From positions 330,001 to 362,000 of the forward strand of contig NC_007493.2 in NCBI RefSeq assembly GCF_000012905.2: 32,000 nt of DNA, in the 5' to 3' direction. Below are positions 16,889 to 24,738 of the stretch, in pieces (the first letter of the stretch is position 1; each line of letters opens with the position of its first letter). The notes beneath the pieces are model-generated. The model saw only the letters and a list, made by a program, of their open reading frames with translations. It ran no database searches and had not been told where the DNA came from. The position numbers and the translations under genes are program-made. This DNA comes from Cereibacter sphaeroides 2.4.1. Its GTDB lineage: Bacteria > Pseudomonadota > Alphaproteobacteria > Rhodobacterales > Rhodobacteraceae.

Positions 16889-17971
16889 TCAGCGCGAGAG
16901 GCCCCCGGCCAGATCGGGCATGTCCAGAGCGGCAAAGCCATAGTGACGCAGCCAGCGCAGGTCGCTTTCGAAGAAGGCGCGCAGGTCCGGGATGCCGTAT
17001 TTCAGCATGGCGATCCGGTCGATCCCCATGCCGAAGGCGAAGCCCTGCCACTCGTCGGGGTTCACACCGGCCGCGGCCAGCACCTTCGGATGCACCATGC
17101 CCGAGCCGAGAATCTCGAGCCAGCCGTCGCCCTCGCCGATCCTGAGCTGGCCGCCCTCCCACGAGCAGCGGATATCGACCTCGGCCGAGGGCTCGGTGAA
17201 GGGGAAGTGCGAGGCGCGGAAGCGCAGCTCGACCGAAGGCACCTCGAAGAAGGCGCGGCAGAATTCCTCGAGCACCCATTTGAGATTGGCCATCGAGATA
17301 TCGCGGTCGATGGCGAGGCCTTCGACCTGATGGAACATCGGCGTGTGGGTCTGGTCCATGTCCATGCGATAGACGCGGCCGGGCGCGATCACCCGGATCG
17401 GCGCGCCCTGCGCCTGCATGGCCCGGATCTGCACCGGCGACGTATGGGTGCGCAGGACGTGCGGCGGGCGGTCGTCGCCCTCGGCGCGCGCCATGAAGAA
17501 GGTGTCGTGCTCCTGCCGGGCCGGGTGCTCGGGCGGGATGTTCAGGGCATCGAAGTTGAACCAGTCGCTCTCGACCTGCGGGCCTTCCGCCACGGCGAAG
17601 CCCATGTCGGCGAAGATCGCGGTCAGTTCGGCCATGACCTGGCTCACCGGATGGATGGTGCCCGCCCGCCGCGGCCGGCCGGGCAGGGTCACGTCGAGCC
17701 ATTCGGTCTTCAGCCGCGCATCGAGCGCCGCATCGGCCAGCCCCTGCTTGCGGGCGCGCAGGCTCGCGTCGATCTCGTCGCGCAGCCGGTTCAGCGCGGC
17801 GCCGGTGGTCTGGCGCTCCTCGGGCGACATCTGGCCCAGTTCGCGCATCTTCAGGCTGATCTCGCCCTTCTTGCCCAGGGCTGCCAGCCGGACTTCCTCG
17901 AGCGCGGCCTCGTCGGCGGCGCTGGAGATGGCCTCGATATATTTGCCTCTGAGCGTGTCGAGCGCGGTCAT
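16889..17971 (-). CDS. pheS: Phenylalanine--tRNA ligase alpha subunit
   Basis: 360 aa, GGAGG SD. Class II aaRS motifs ([64 protein letters not shown]). Confidence 0.97.
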   Translation of the reverse strand: MTALDTLRGKYIEAISSAADEAALEEVRLAALGKKGEISLKMRELGQMSPEERQTTGAALNRLRDEIDASLRARKQGLADAALDARLKTEWLDVTLPGRPRRAGTIHPVSQVMAELTAIFADMGFAVAEGPQVESDWFNFDALNIPPEHPARQEHDTFFMARAEGDDRPPHVLRTHTSPVQIRAMQAQGAPIRVIAPGRVYRMDMDQTHTPMFHQVEGLAIDRDISMANLKWVLEEFCRAFFEVPSVELRFRASHFPFTEPSAEVDIRCSWEGGQLRIGEGDGWLEILGSGMVHPKVLAAAGVNPDEWQGFAFGMGIDRIAMLKYGIPDLRAFFESDLRWLRHYGFAALDMPDLAGGLSR

Positions 17972-18124
17972 GTCAGCCTCCGATGCAGGTGAGCGGGTGC
18001 TACCGGCAGAGGGCCGCTTTGTCCAGAGCGCCGCCGCCCGGCGGCCGGCCCGGCAGAGGCTGCCCGAGGCAGATGCGTGGTGACCTCGGCCTGGACGGCC
18101 GGGACAGGGCCCCGGACATGAGAA

Positions 18125-18153
18125 GGCCCCGCCACCCGGACGGGTGCGGGGCC
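18125..18153 (-). terminator. Hairpin between rplT and pheS (possible partial terminator/attenuator)
   Basis: GGCCCCGCCACCCG (18125-18138) pairs with CGGGTGCGGGGCC (18141-18153), with one bulge. It lies 23 nt after the rplT stop. The minus-strand tail TTCTCAT is only weakly U-rich. Confidence 0.4.
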
Positions 18154-18175
18154 TGCCCTGAAGCGGTCGGAGGCC

Positions 18176-18538
18176 TCAGGCCAGCGCGGCCTTGGCCTGC
18201 GCGGCGATCGCGTTGAACGCTTCCGGCTCGTGCACGGCGAGATCGGCCAGCACCTTGCGGTCCACCTCGATGCCGGCTTTCGACAGGCCGTTGATGAAGC
18301 GCGAGTAGGTCATCTCGATGTCGAACAGCCGGACGGCCGCGTTGATCCGCTGGATCCAGAGCGCGCGGAAGTTGCGCTTGCGGGCCTTGCGGTCGCGGGT
18401 TGCATACTGGTTGGCCTTGTCGACGGCCTGGGTCGCGGTGCGGAAGTTCGTGGAGCGGGCGGCGTAGTAGCCCTTCGCCTGCTTGATGACCTTGCGGTGG
18501 CGGGCGTGCGTGACCTTGCCGGACTTGACGCGGGACAT
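18176..18538 (-). CDS. rplT: 50S ribosomal protein L20
   Basis: 120 aa, [29 protein letters not shown]... a canonical L20 N-terminus. Confidence 0.98.
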   Translation of the reverse strand: MSRVKSGKVTHARHRKVIKQAKGYYAARSTNFRTATQAVDKANQYATRDRKARKRNFRALWIQRINAAVRLFDIEMTYSRFINGLSKAGIEVDRKVLADLAVHEPEAFNAIAAQAKAALA

Positions 18539-18550
18539 GTGAAGCTCTCC

Positions 18551-18751
18551 TTACCGGTCGTAGGGCATGTATTTCTTGACGATCTTCGCGTCCGCGTCGG
18601 ACAGGATCATGGTCCCGGTCACGTCGCGGATGAACTTCGTCGAGCGTTTGATCATGCCGTGGCGCTTGCCGGCGGGGCCGGCCTTCACCTTGCCGGTGGC
18701 GGTGAAGCTGAAGCGCTTCTTCGCCGCGGACTTGGTCTTCATCTTGGGCAT
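18551..18751 (-). CDS. rpmI: 50S ribosomal protein L35
   Basis: 66 aa from ATG 18751 ([14 protein letters not shown]...), preceded by AAGAGGAG. The track ORF extends 9 codons further to 18778 without an SD. It is 12 nt upstream of rplT. Confidence 0.95.
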
Positions 18752-18821
18752 TTCCATCTCCTCTTTCGAGTGGGTCAAGCACGACTCGGCATGCCTCTCC
18801 GGCCGGCCGTGCGGGTTTGAA

Positions 18822-18847
18822 GGCCGCTCCCATAACGGGGAGCGGCC
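18822..18847 (-). terminator. Hairpin terminator after pyk
   Basis: GGCCGCTCCC (18822-18831) / GGGAGCGGCC (18838-18847), 10-bp stem with a 6-nt loop, 19 nt after the pyk TAG stop. Minus-strand tail TTCAAACCC. Confidence 0.5.
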
Positions 18848-18866
18848 CCGGGTGCAAGCGGAAAGC

Positions 18867-20312
18867 CTATTCCGGATCGCCGCTGTAGATCAGCCGCTCG
18901 TCGCAGGGGGCGACGCGCAGGATGTTCGTGGTGCCGCGCACGTTGAAGGGCACGCCCGCGACCACGGCGATCTGCTCGTGCTCCTGCGCGAACCCGTCGG
19001 ACAGTGCCGCCCGCGCGGCGCAGATGACTGCGCCCTTGAACCGCTCCTGCGGCGCGGTGACGACGCAGTGCGTCCCCCAGGTGAGCGACAGACGCCGCGC
19101 GGTCTCGACCAGCGGTGTCAGCGCGAGGATCGGCACGCGCGGCCGCTCGCGCGCCACCAGCGACACGGTCTTGCCGGTCTGGGTGAAGCAGCAGATGGCC
19201 TTGATCGGCGTCGTCTCGGCGATCTCGCGCGCGGCCGCCACGATGGCATCGGCGACCGAGGCGCGCTTGGCTGCGCGCGAGGCCTCGATGATGTCGCGGT
19301 AGACGGGATCGCTCTCGACCGAGATGGCCGTGTTGTTCATCGTCATCACGGCTTCGATCGGGTAGGAGCCCGCGGCAGATTCGGCCGAGAGCATGACCGC
19401 GTCGGCGCCCTCGTAGATGGCGGTCGCCACGTCCGAGACCTCGGCGCGGGTGGGCATGGGCGAGTCGATCATCGACTCGAGCATCTGGGTGGCCACGATC
19501 ACGGGCTTCGCCGCCGCACGGGCGCCGCGCACGAGGCGCTTCTGGATCGGCGGCACCGCCTGAACGGGCAGTTCGACCCCGAGGTCGCCGCGCGCCACCA
19601 TGATCCCGTCGGAGACGGCGAGGATCGCGTCATAGGCCTTCACGGCCGCGGGCTTCTCGATCTTCGACAGGATCGCCGCCCGGCCGCGGGCGAGGCTGCG
19701 CGCCTCTTCCACATCCTCGGGGCGCTGCACGAAGGAGAGGGCGAGCCAGTCCACGCCGAGTTCGCAGACGAATTCGAGGTCGCGGCGGTCCTTCTCGGAG
19801 AGGGCGGCGAGGGGCAGAACCACGTCGGGCACGTTCACGCCCTTGCGGTTCGAGATCGTGCCGCCCACCGTCACGATGCAGTCGGCGAAGTCCGGGCCGC
19901 AGTCGGCCACCTCGAGGCGGATCTTGCCGTCGTTGACGAGGAGCGACGATCCCGGCTCGAGCGCCGCGAAGATCTCGGGGTGGGGCAGGTTCACGCGCTC
20001 GGCGGTGCCCGGCGCGGGGTCGAGGTCGAGCCGGAAGCGGCCGCGCTCGACCAGCTCTTCGGAGCCGTTGGCGAAGGTGCCGACGCGGAGCTTCGGCCCC
20101 TGCAGGTCGGCGAGGATGCAGACCGGAGTCCCGGTGTCGGCCTCGATCTGGCGCAGCATCTGGTGGCGCGCCCGGATGTCGTCATGCGATCCGTGGCTCA
20201 TGTTGAGCCGGAACACGTCCGCACCCGCTTCGAACAGCGCGCGGATGGTGGCATAGTCGTTGGAGGCCGGCCCCAGGGTGGCCACGATCTTTACATTGCG
20301 AAGGCGTCTCAT
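18867..20312 (-). CDS. pyk: Pyruvate kinase
   Basis: 481 aa from ATG 20312 ([17 protein letters not shown]...), with a GAGG SD. The track ORF has a 26-codon N-terminal extension to 20390. Motifs: [26 protein letters not shown]. Confidence 0.95.
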
Positions 20313-20452
20313 CCTGCCTCGTTTCCTTGTCGTTCCATCGATGTCGTGGTGGGCCGGTCCCTCTATGGCCCAAAGCCCGCGGCACGGCAACTGGCGCTTT
20401 TCTACGATGCGTCCTAAACCGGACCCCTGACAGGGATGTGACGGAGACCCGG

Positions 20453-21190
20453 ATGACCGCCTTCGAGATCGTGGGAGCGGACCGCCCCTCGCGCTGGCTC
20501 GTGACCTGCGACCATGCCTCCAACAGGGTGCCGCCCGAGGTGGCGGGCGGCGATCTGGGCCTGCCTGCGGCCGAGATGGGCCGCCACATCGCCTATGACG
20601 TGGGGGCTGCGGGGCTGGCGCGGGCGCTGGCGGATCGGCTCGACGGACCCTGCGTGCTCTCGACCTTCTCGCGGCTGGTGATCGATCCGAACCGGGGCGA
20701 GAAGGACCCCACGCTGGTGATGCGGCTCTATGACGGGACGATCATTCCCGCGAACCGGCATGTCGATGCGGCCGAGGTTGAGCGGCGGCTCGAGACGCTC
20801 CACCGACCCTATCATGCGGCGCTGGCGCGGCTGGCGGCGCGGCGGGCGGATACGGTGATCGTGGCGATCCACTCCTTCACCCCGCAGCTGCTGGGGCGCC
20901 CGCCGCGGCCCTGGCATGTGGGCATCCTCCATTCGCCGCTGAACGACCGCTTCAGCCGCGCGCTGATCGAGAGGCTTCAGGGAGAGCCCGATCTCTGCGT
21001 GGGCGACAACCAGCCCTACCTCGGTCATCTGCCGGGGGATTCCATCGACCGGCACGCGCTGCAACGCGACCGGCTGAACACGCTGATCGAGCTGCGCCAC
21101 GACCTGATCCGCGAGGAGGGGCAGCAGACGGCCTGGGCCGAGCGTCTTGCGCCGATCCTCGAGGAAGTGCTGGCGGCGCTGCCGGACTGA
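20453..21190 (+). CDS. N-formylglutamate amidohydrolase (FGase, PF05013-like) family protein
   Basis: 245 aa from ATG 20453 (GGAG 6 nt upstream), inside track ORF 20327-21190. LVTCDHASNRVP, HIAYDVGA, SRLVIDPNRG, IAIHSFTP are motifs I associate with this family. No hut genes are nearby. Confidence 0.75.
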   Translation: MTAFEIVGADRPSRWLVTCDHASNRVPPEVAGGDLGLPAAEMGRHIAYDVGAAGLARALADRLDGPCVLSTFSRLVIDPNRGEKDPTLVMRLYDGTIIPANRHVDAAEVERRLETLHRPYHAALARLAARRADTVIVAIHSFTPQLLGRPPRPWHVGILHSPLNDRFSRALIERLQGEPDLCVGDNQPYLGHLPGDSIDRHALQRDRLNTLIELRHDLIREEGQQTAWAERLAPILEEVLAALPD

Positions 21191-21393
21191 GAACCGGCCG
21201 CGGCCTGTCGGGGGCGCCGCACCTATTGCGGTGCACGGCTCGTCCTGCCTCGGCGGCTTCGGCCTGTGCACGACGAACTCCGGCAATCGTGGACGGCACC
21301 GTCTCGAGATACCCCGGCTCCTGTGCCGCCCGGTCCGGGTCCAGAACCTGAGGGTGCTTCCGTGATCGCCGGGACTGCCGACGGCCAAAGCGG

Positions 21394-21419
21394 AACAGGC
21401 GGCCCGTCGGCCGCCCGTT
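21394..21419 (-). terminator. Distal copy of a duplicated hairpin element
   Basis: AACAGGCGGCC (21394-21404) cgtc GGCCGCCCGTT (21409-21419). On the minus strand it is followed by CCGCTTTGGCC. It is near-identical to the hairpin at 21488-21513, 94 bp away. Confidence 0.4.
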
Positions 21420-21487
21420 TCCATCCGGAAAGGCCTGAGGGTCTTTCCTGCCCACGGTGGCCCCTGCTGGCCGGGGACGCAAAGCAG

Positions 21488-21513
21488 AACGGGCGGCCGA
21501 GGGGCCGCCCGTT
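21488..21513 (-). terminator. Terminator hairpin immediately after dat (proximal copy of the duplicated element)
   Basis: AACGGGCGGCC (21488-21498) gagg GGCCGCCCGTT (21503-21513), a perfect 11-bp stem 20 nt after the dat stop. Minus-strand tail CTGCTTTGCG; plus-strand tail TGCATC. Confidence 0.6.
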
Positions 21514-21533
21514 TGCATCGGGGAAGGGATGTC

Positions 21534-22394
21534 TCAGACGGCGGCCTTGAGGCTCTCGTCGAGGTAGATCTCGCGCAGGCGGGCGGCGACGGGGCCGGGG
21601 GTGCCGGTGCCCACCGCCTTGCCGTCGATCTCGACCACCGGCATCACGAAGGCCGAGGCCGAGGTGAAGAAGGCCTCGTCGGCGCCCTGCGCTTCCTCGA
21701 TGGTGAAGGGGCGCTCCTCGACCTCCATCTGCGCTTCGCGGGCGAAGCGGACGACGGCCGCGCGGGTGATGCCGTGCAGAATGTCGTTGGAGAGGTTGCG
21801 GGTGATGATCTTGCCGCCCTTCACGATATAGGCGTTGTTCGAGGTGCCCTCGGTCACGAGCCCGTCCTCGACGAACCAGGCATCGTCCACATGCGCCTTC
21901 TTGGCCGCCATCTTGGCCATGGACGGATAGAGGAGCTGCACCGTCTTGATGTCGCGCCGGCCCCAGCGGATGTCCGGGATCGAGATGACCTTGATGCCGA
22001 CCTTGGCCGTGGGATTGGCGGCAAGGCCCGGCTTGGCCTGCGTGAAGAGGACGACCGTGGGTTTCGTATCCGCGGGCGGGAAGGCGAAGTCGCGGTCGCC
22101 CGGGTTGCCGCGGGTGATCTGGAGATAGATCAGCCCCTCATCGATCCCGTTCCGCCGGACCAGTTCGCGGTGCACCTCGAGCAGGTCCTCGGCATTCATC
22201 GGCGCGGTCATCTCGAGTTCGGTCAGCGACCGGTCGAGCCGCGCCGCATGGCCCGGAAAGTCGATCAGCTTGCCGCCGAGGACGGATGTCACCTCATAGA
22301 CCCCGTCGGCCATGAGAAAGCCCCGGTCGAAGATCGAGACGGTGGCTTCTTCCTCGGGGAGATATTCCCCGTTCACATAGACGGTGCGGCTCAT
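21534..22394 (-). CDS. dat: D-amino-acid transaminase (PLP fold-type IV)
   Basis: The track ORF starts at a TTG (22400). ATG 22394 (MSRTVYVNGEYL...) lies 2 nt after the upstream gene's stop. DRGFLMADGVYEV, EGTSNNAYIV, ILHGITR and FFTSASAFVMPVVEIDGK resemble Bacillus D-alanine aminotransferase as I recall it. Confidence 0.75.
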   Translation of the reverse strand: MSRTVYVNGEYLPEEEATVSIFDRGFLMADGVYEVTSVLGGKLIDFPGHAARLDRSLTELEMTAPMNAEDLLEVHRELVRRNGIDEGLIYLQITRGNPGDRDFAFPPADTKPTVVLFTQAKPGLAANPTAKVGIKVISIPDIRWGRRDIKTVQLLYPSMAKMAAKKAHVDDAWFVEDGLVTEGTSNNAYIVKGGKIITRNLSNDILHGITRAAVVRFAREAQMEVEERPFTIEEAQGADEAFFTSASAFVMPVVEIDGKAVGTGTPGPVAARLREIYLDESLKAAV

Positions 22395-22396
22395 GT

Positions 22397-23359
22397 TCAA
22401 CCCCAGAGTTCGGCGGATGGAGGATGGATGCCGGCCTCGTCGAAGACGAGCGGCTGCTCGCGGTCTTCGGCCAGAAGCAGGGGTCCGTCAAGGTCGACAT
22501 AAGCCGCACCCTGCGCGACGAGCGTGGCGGGCGCCATGGCGAGCGAGCTGCCCACCATGCAGCCCACCATCAAGCCGTAGCCCTCCGCCAGCGCGGCCTC
22601 GCGCAGCGCCAGCGCCTCGGTCAGCCCGCCGGTCTTGTCGAGCTTGATGTTGACCACGTCATATTTGCCCTTCAGCGCGGGCAGCGAGTGCCGGTCGTGG
22701 CAGGCCTCGTCGGCGCAGACCGGCAGCGGGCGGGCGATCTCGGCCAGAAGCTCGTCCTGCCCCGCGGGCAGCGGCTGCTCGACCAGCGCCACGCCGAGAC
22801 GCAGCAGATGCGGGGCCAGTTCGGTGTAGATGTCGGCCGTCCAGCCCTCGTTCGCATCGACGATGATGCGCGTGGCGGGCGCGCCTGCGCGGACGGCCTC
22901 GAGCCGGGCCATGTCGTCGGGCGTGCCGAGCTTGATCTTCAGCAGCGGCCGGTGCGCGTTTCGGGCCGCGGCCGCGCGCATCTTCTCGGGCGCGTCGAGA
23001 GAGAGGGTGAAGGCCGTGACCTGCGGCTGCGGCGCGGGCAGGCCCAGAAGCTGCCAGACGCGCTTGCCGCTGTCCTTGGCCTCGAGATCCCAGAGCGCGC
23101 AATCGACCGCGTTCCGCGCGGCCCCTGCCGGCAGCAGGGTCTGGAGATCGGCGCGGGTCAGGTTCTCGGGCAGGGTGGCGATCTGGTCGGCCACGCTCTC
23201 CAGCGTCTCGCCGTAGCGCGCATAGGGGACGCATTCGCCCCGCCCGCTGAGGCCCTCGCGCGTCACCGTCACGGTGAGCACCCGCGATTCGGTGCGCGAG
23301 CCGCGCGAGATGGTGAAGACTTCGGCGAGCCGGAAGCTCTCGGGGGTGACGGTGATCAT
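22397..23359 (-). CDS. dgcA: Enolase-superfamily dipeptide-epimerase-like protein; probable N-acetyl-D-glutamate racemase
   Basis: 320 aa from ATG 23359 (MITVTPESF...), GGAGGAG SD. The track ORF has a 68-codon Arg/Pro-rich extension to 23563. It has the MR/MLE barrel pattern (KIKLG, IVDANEGW, LVEQPL, CADE, NIKLDKTGG). It is paired with a DUF1611 gene, as in the dgcN-dgcA pairs named in RefSeq (from memory). Confidence 0.7.
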   Translation of the reverse strand: MITVTPESFRLAEVFTISRGSRTESRVLTVTVTREGLSGRGECVPYARYGETLESVADQIATLPENLTRADLQTLLPAGAARNAVDCALWDLEAKDSGKRVWQLLGLPAPQPQVTAFTLSLDAPEKMRAAAARNAHRPLLKIKLGTPDDMARLEAVRAGAPATRIIVDANEGWTADIYTELAPHLLRLGVALVEQPLPAGQDELLAEIARPLPVCADEACHDRHSLPALKGKYDVVNIKLDKTGGLTEALALREAALAEGYGLMVGCMVGSSLAMAPATLVAQGAAYVDLDGPLLLAEDREQPLVFDEAGIHPPSAELWG

Positions 23360-23469
23360 GGCGGCTCCTCCGGCCTTGGGTGTCGGGGCTGCGGGCGCGC
23401 CCGCAGGAGGGGGGCGCTGCAACCGGTCCGGGCGGGCCCGGCCGGGTCGCAGCGCCTGAAGGGCGGAGG

Positions 23470-24471
23470 TTACACGGCCATCAGCGCATCGACCAGACGG
23501 CCGGCGCCATGGCGGAAGGGATCGACCGTCGGCAGGCCGGTGCGGGCCTCGATCTCGGCGCAATAGGCCAGCGCCTCCTCGTCCGAGAGCGCCTGGGTGT
23601 TGATCGAGCAGCCCACGGCCACGCAGGCGGGATTGGCCACCCGCGCCATGGCCAGCGCCGCATCGCGCACCTGCTCGATGGACGGCAGCTTGTAGTCGGG
23701 CAGGCCGCGCATGTGGCTGCGGGTGGGCTCGTGACAGATCACCAGCGCATCGGGCTGCCCGCCATGGATCAGCGCGAGCGTGACGCCCGAATAGCTGACA
23801 TGGAACAGCGAGCCCTGACCCTCGATCAGGTCCCAGTGGTCGGCCTCGTTGTCGGGCGTGAGATATTCGATCGAGCCCGCCATGAAGTCCGCGATCACCG
23901 CATCGAGCGGCACGCCGTCGCCGGTGATGAGGATGCCGGTCTGGCCCGTGGCGCGGAAGCTGCTCTTCAGCCCGCGCTCCCGCATCTCGCGGTCGACGCA
24001 GAGCGCGGTATACATCTTGCCGATGGAGCAGTCGGTGCCCACGGCCAGCATCCGCTTGCCGGTCCGCTTGCGGCCGTTGGCGATGGGATAGTCGACCGTC
24101 GGCACCCGCACGTCATGCAGCGTCCGACCGGTGGCGCGAGCGACGGCGGCGAGGTCTTCCTCGTCACGCAGAAGGTTGTGCAGGCCCGAGGCGAGATCGA
24201 ACCCTTCCTCGAGCGCCGAGATCAGCACCTTCTTCCAGGCCTGCGAGATCACGCCGCCGCGGTTGGCCACGCCGATCACCAGCGTCTTGCAGCCCGCGGC
24301 CTTCGCTTCGGCCAGCGTCATGTCGGGCAGGCCCATGTCGGCCTTGCACCCCTCCATCCGGAACTGGCCCACCGCAAATTCGGGGCGCCAGTCCTTGATG
24401 CCCTGCGCCACCTTGGCAGCCAGAGCGTCCGGCGCATCGCCGAGGAAGAGCAGGTAGGGAGTCTCGATCAT
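23470..24471 (-). CDS. dgcN: DUF1611-family protein; probable D-glutamate N-acetyltransferase
   Basis: 333 aa, AAGGAA SD. GTDCSIGKM P-loop-like motif, RATGQTGI, GQGSLFHVSYSG. The DUF1611/DgcN assignment is from memory of the family. Confidence 0.7.
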   Translation of the reverse strand: MIETPYLLFLGDAPDALAAKVAQGIKDWRPEFAVGQFRMEGCKADMGLPDMTLAEAKAAGCKTLVIGVANRGGVISQAWKKVLISALEEGFDLASGLHNLLRDEEDLAAVARATGRTLHDVRVPTVDYPIANGRKRTGKRMLAVGTDCSIGKMYTALCVDREMRERGLKSSFRATGQTGILITGDGVPLDAVIADFMAGSIEYLTPDNEADHWDLIEGQGSLFHVSYSGVTLALIHGGQPDALVICHEPTRSHMRGLPDYKLPSIEQVRDAALAMARVANPACVAVGCSINTQALSDEEALAYCAEIEARTGLPTVDPFRHGAGRLVDALMAV

Positions 24472-24508
24472 GGGGAAGTTCCTTGCATTGACCGACGGAT
24501 CATGCGCG

Positions 24509-24536
24509 GCAATCTACGGGATTGCATCGCAATCCC
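24509..24536. promoter_or_regulatory. Candidate operator: three hexamer half-sites forming two overlapping palindromes
   Basis: GCAATC (24509-24514) tacgg GATTGC (24520-25) atc GCAATC (24529-34). The core GGGATTGC-atc-GCAATCCC (24518-24536) is a perfect 8-bp inverted repeat. It lies 38-65 nt upstream of the dgcN start. Confidence 0.45.
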
Positions 24537-24738
24537 TGCGCGCTGCCGGGCGGCTTCCGCAATTATCTTCGCAGTCTTCGCCCCAGCGCCGAAGAATTTG
24601 TCGCGTCGCTCCCCTCTTGCGCAACCTATGACAAGCCGCGCGAGGCCATTCTGCGGCAGCGAAAGGCGCTTGCGCTTCGGTTCGCAATATTATACCGAAT
24701 TCGGCCATAGAGATGAAACATCCTTGCCGAGAGACCGC

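Noticed and set aside
17972-18175. Search for a pheM-like Phe-rich leader peptide/attenuator upstream of pheS.
   Set aside because: The only minus-strand reading frame here ([20 protein letters not shown]...) has no Phe codons and is the tail of a shadow ORF. Only a single hairpin is present, with no alternative terminator/antiterminator pair.
18752-18800. TTGACC (minus strand, 18773-18778) as the rpmI promoter -35 element.
   Set aside because: With 17-nt spacing, the -10 would overlap the SD/start codon and transcription would start inside the CDS, which is geometrically implausible.
20313-20390. N-terminal extensions offered by the ORF track: pyk to 20390, dgcA to 23563, accA from 26324, FGase from 20327, rpmI to 18778, cupin to 9021 and the greA-downstream gene to 30129.
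   Set aside because: The extensions are Arg/Pro/Gly-rich, lack an SD, and extend beyond the conserved N-termini of the families. In every case an internal ATG with a good SD matches the expected N-terminus.
22398-22400. TTG start for dat, overlapping the dgcA stop (track start 22400), and TTG start 16873 for the membrane protein.
   Set aside because: An ATG two or six codons downstream (22394; 16855) gives an N-terminus at least as good. The track reports any alternative start as M. The difference is minor and remains unresolved without proteomics.
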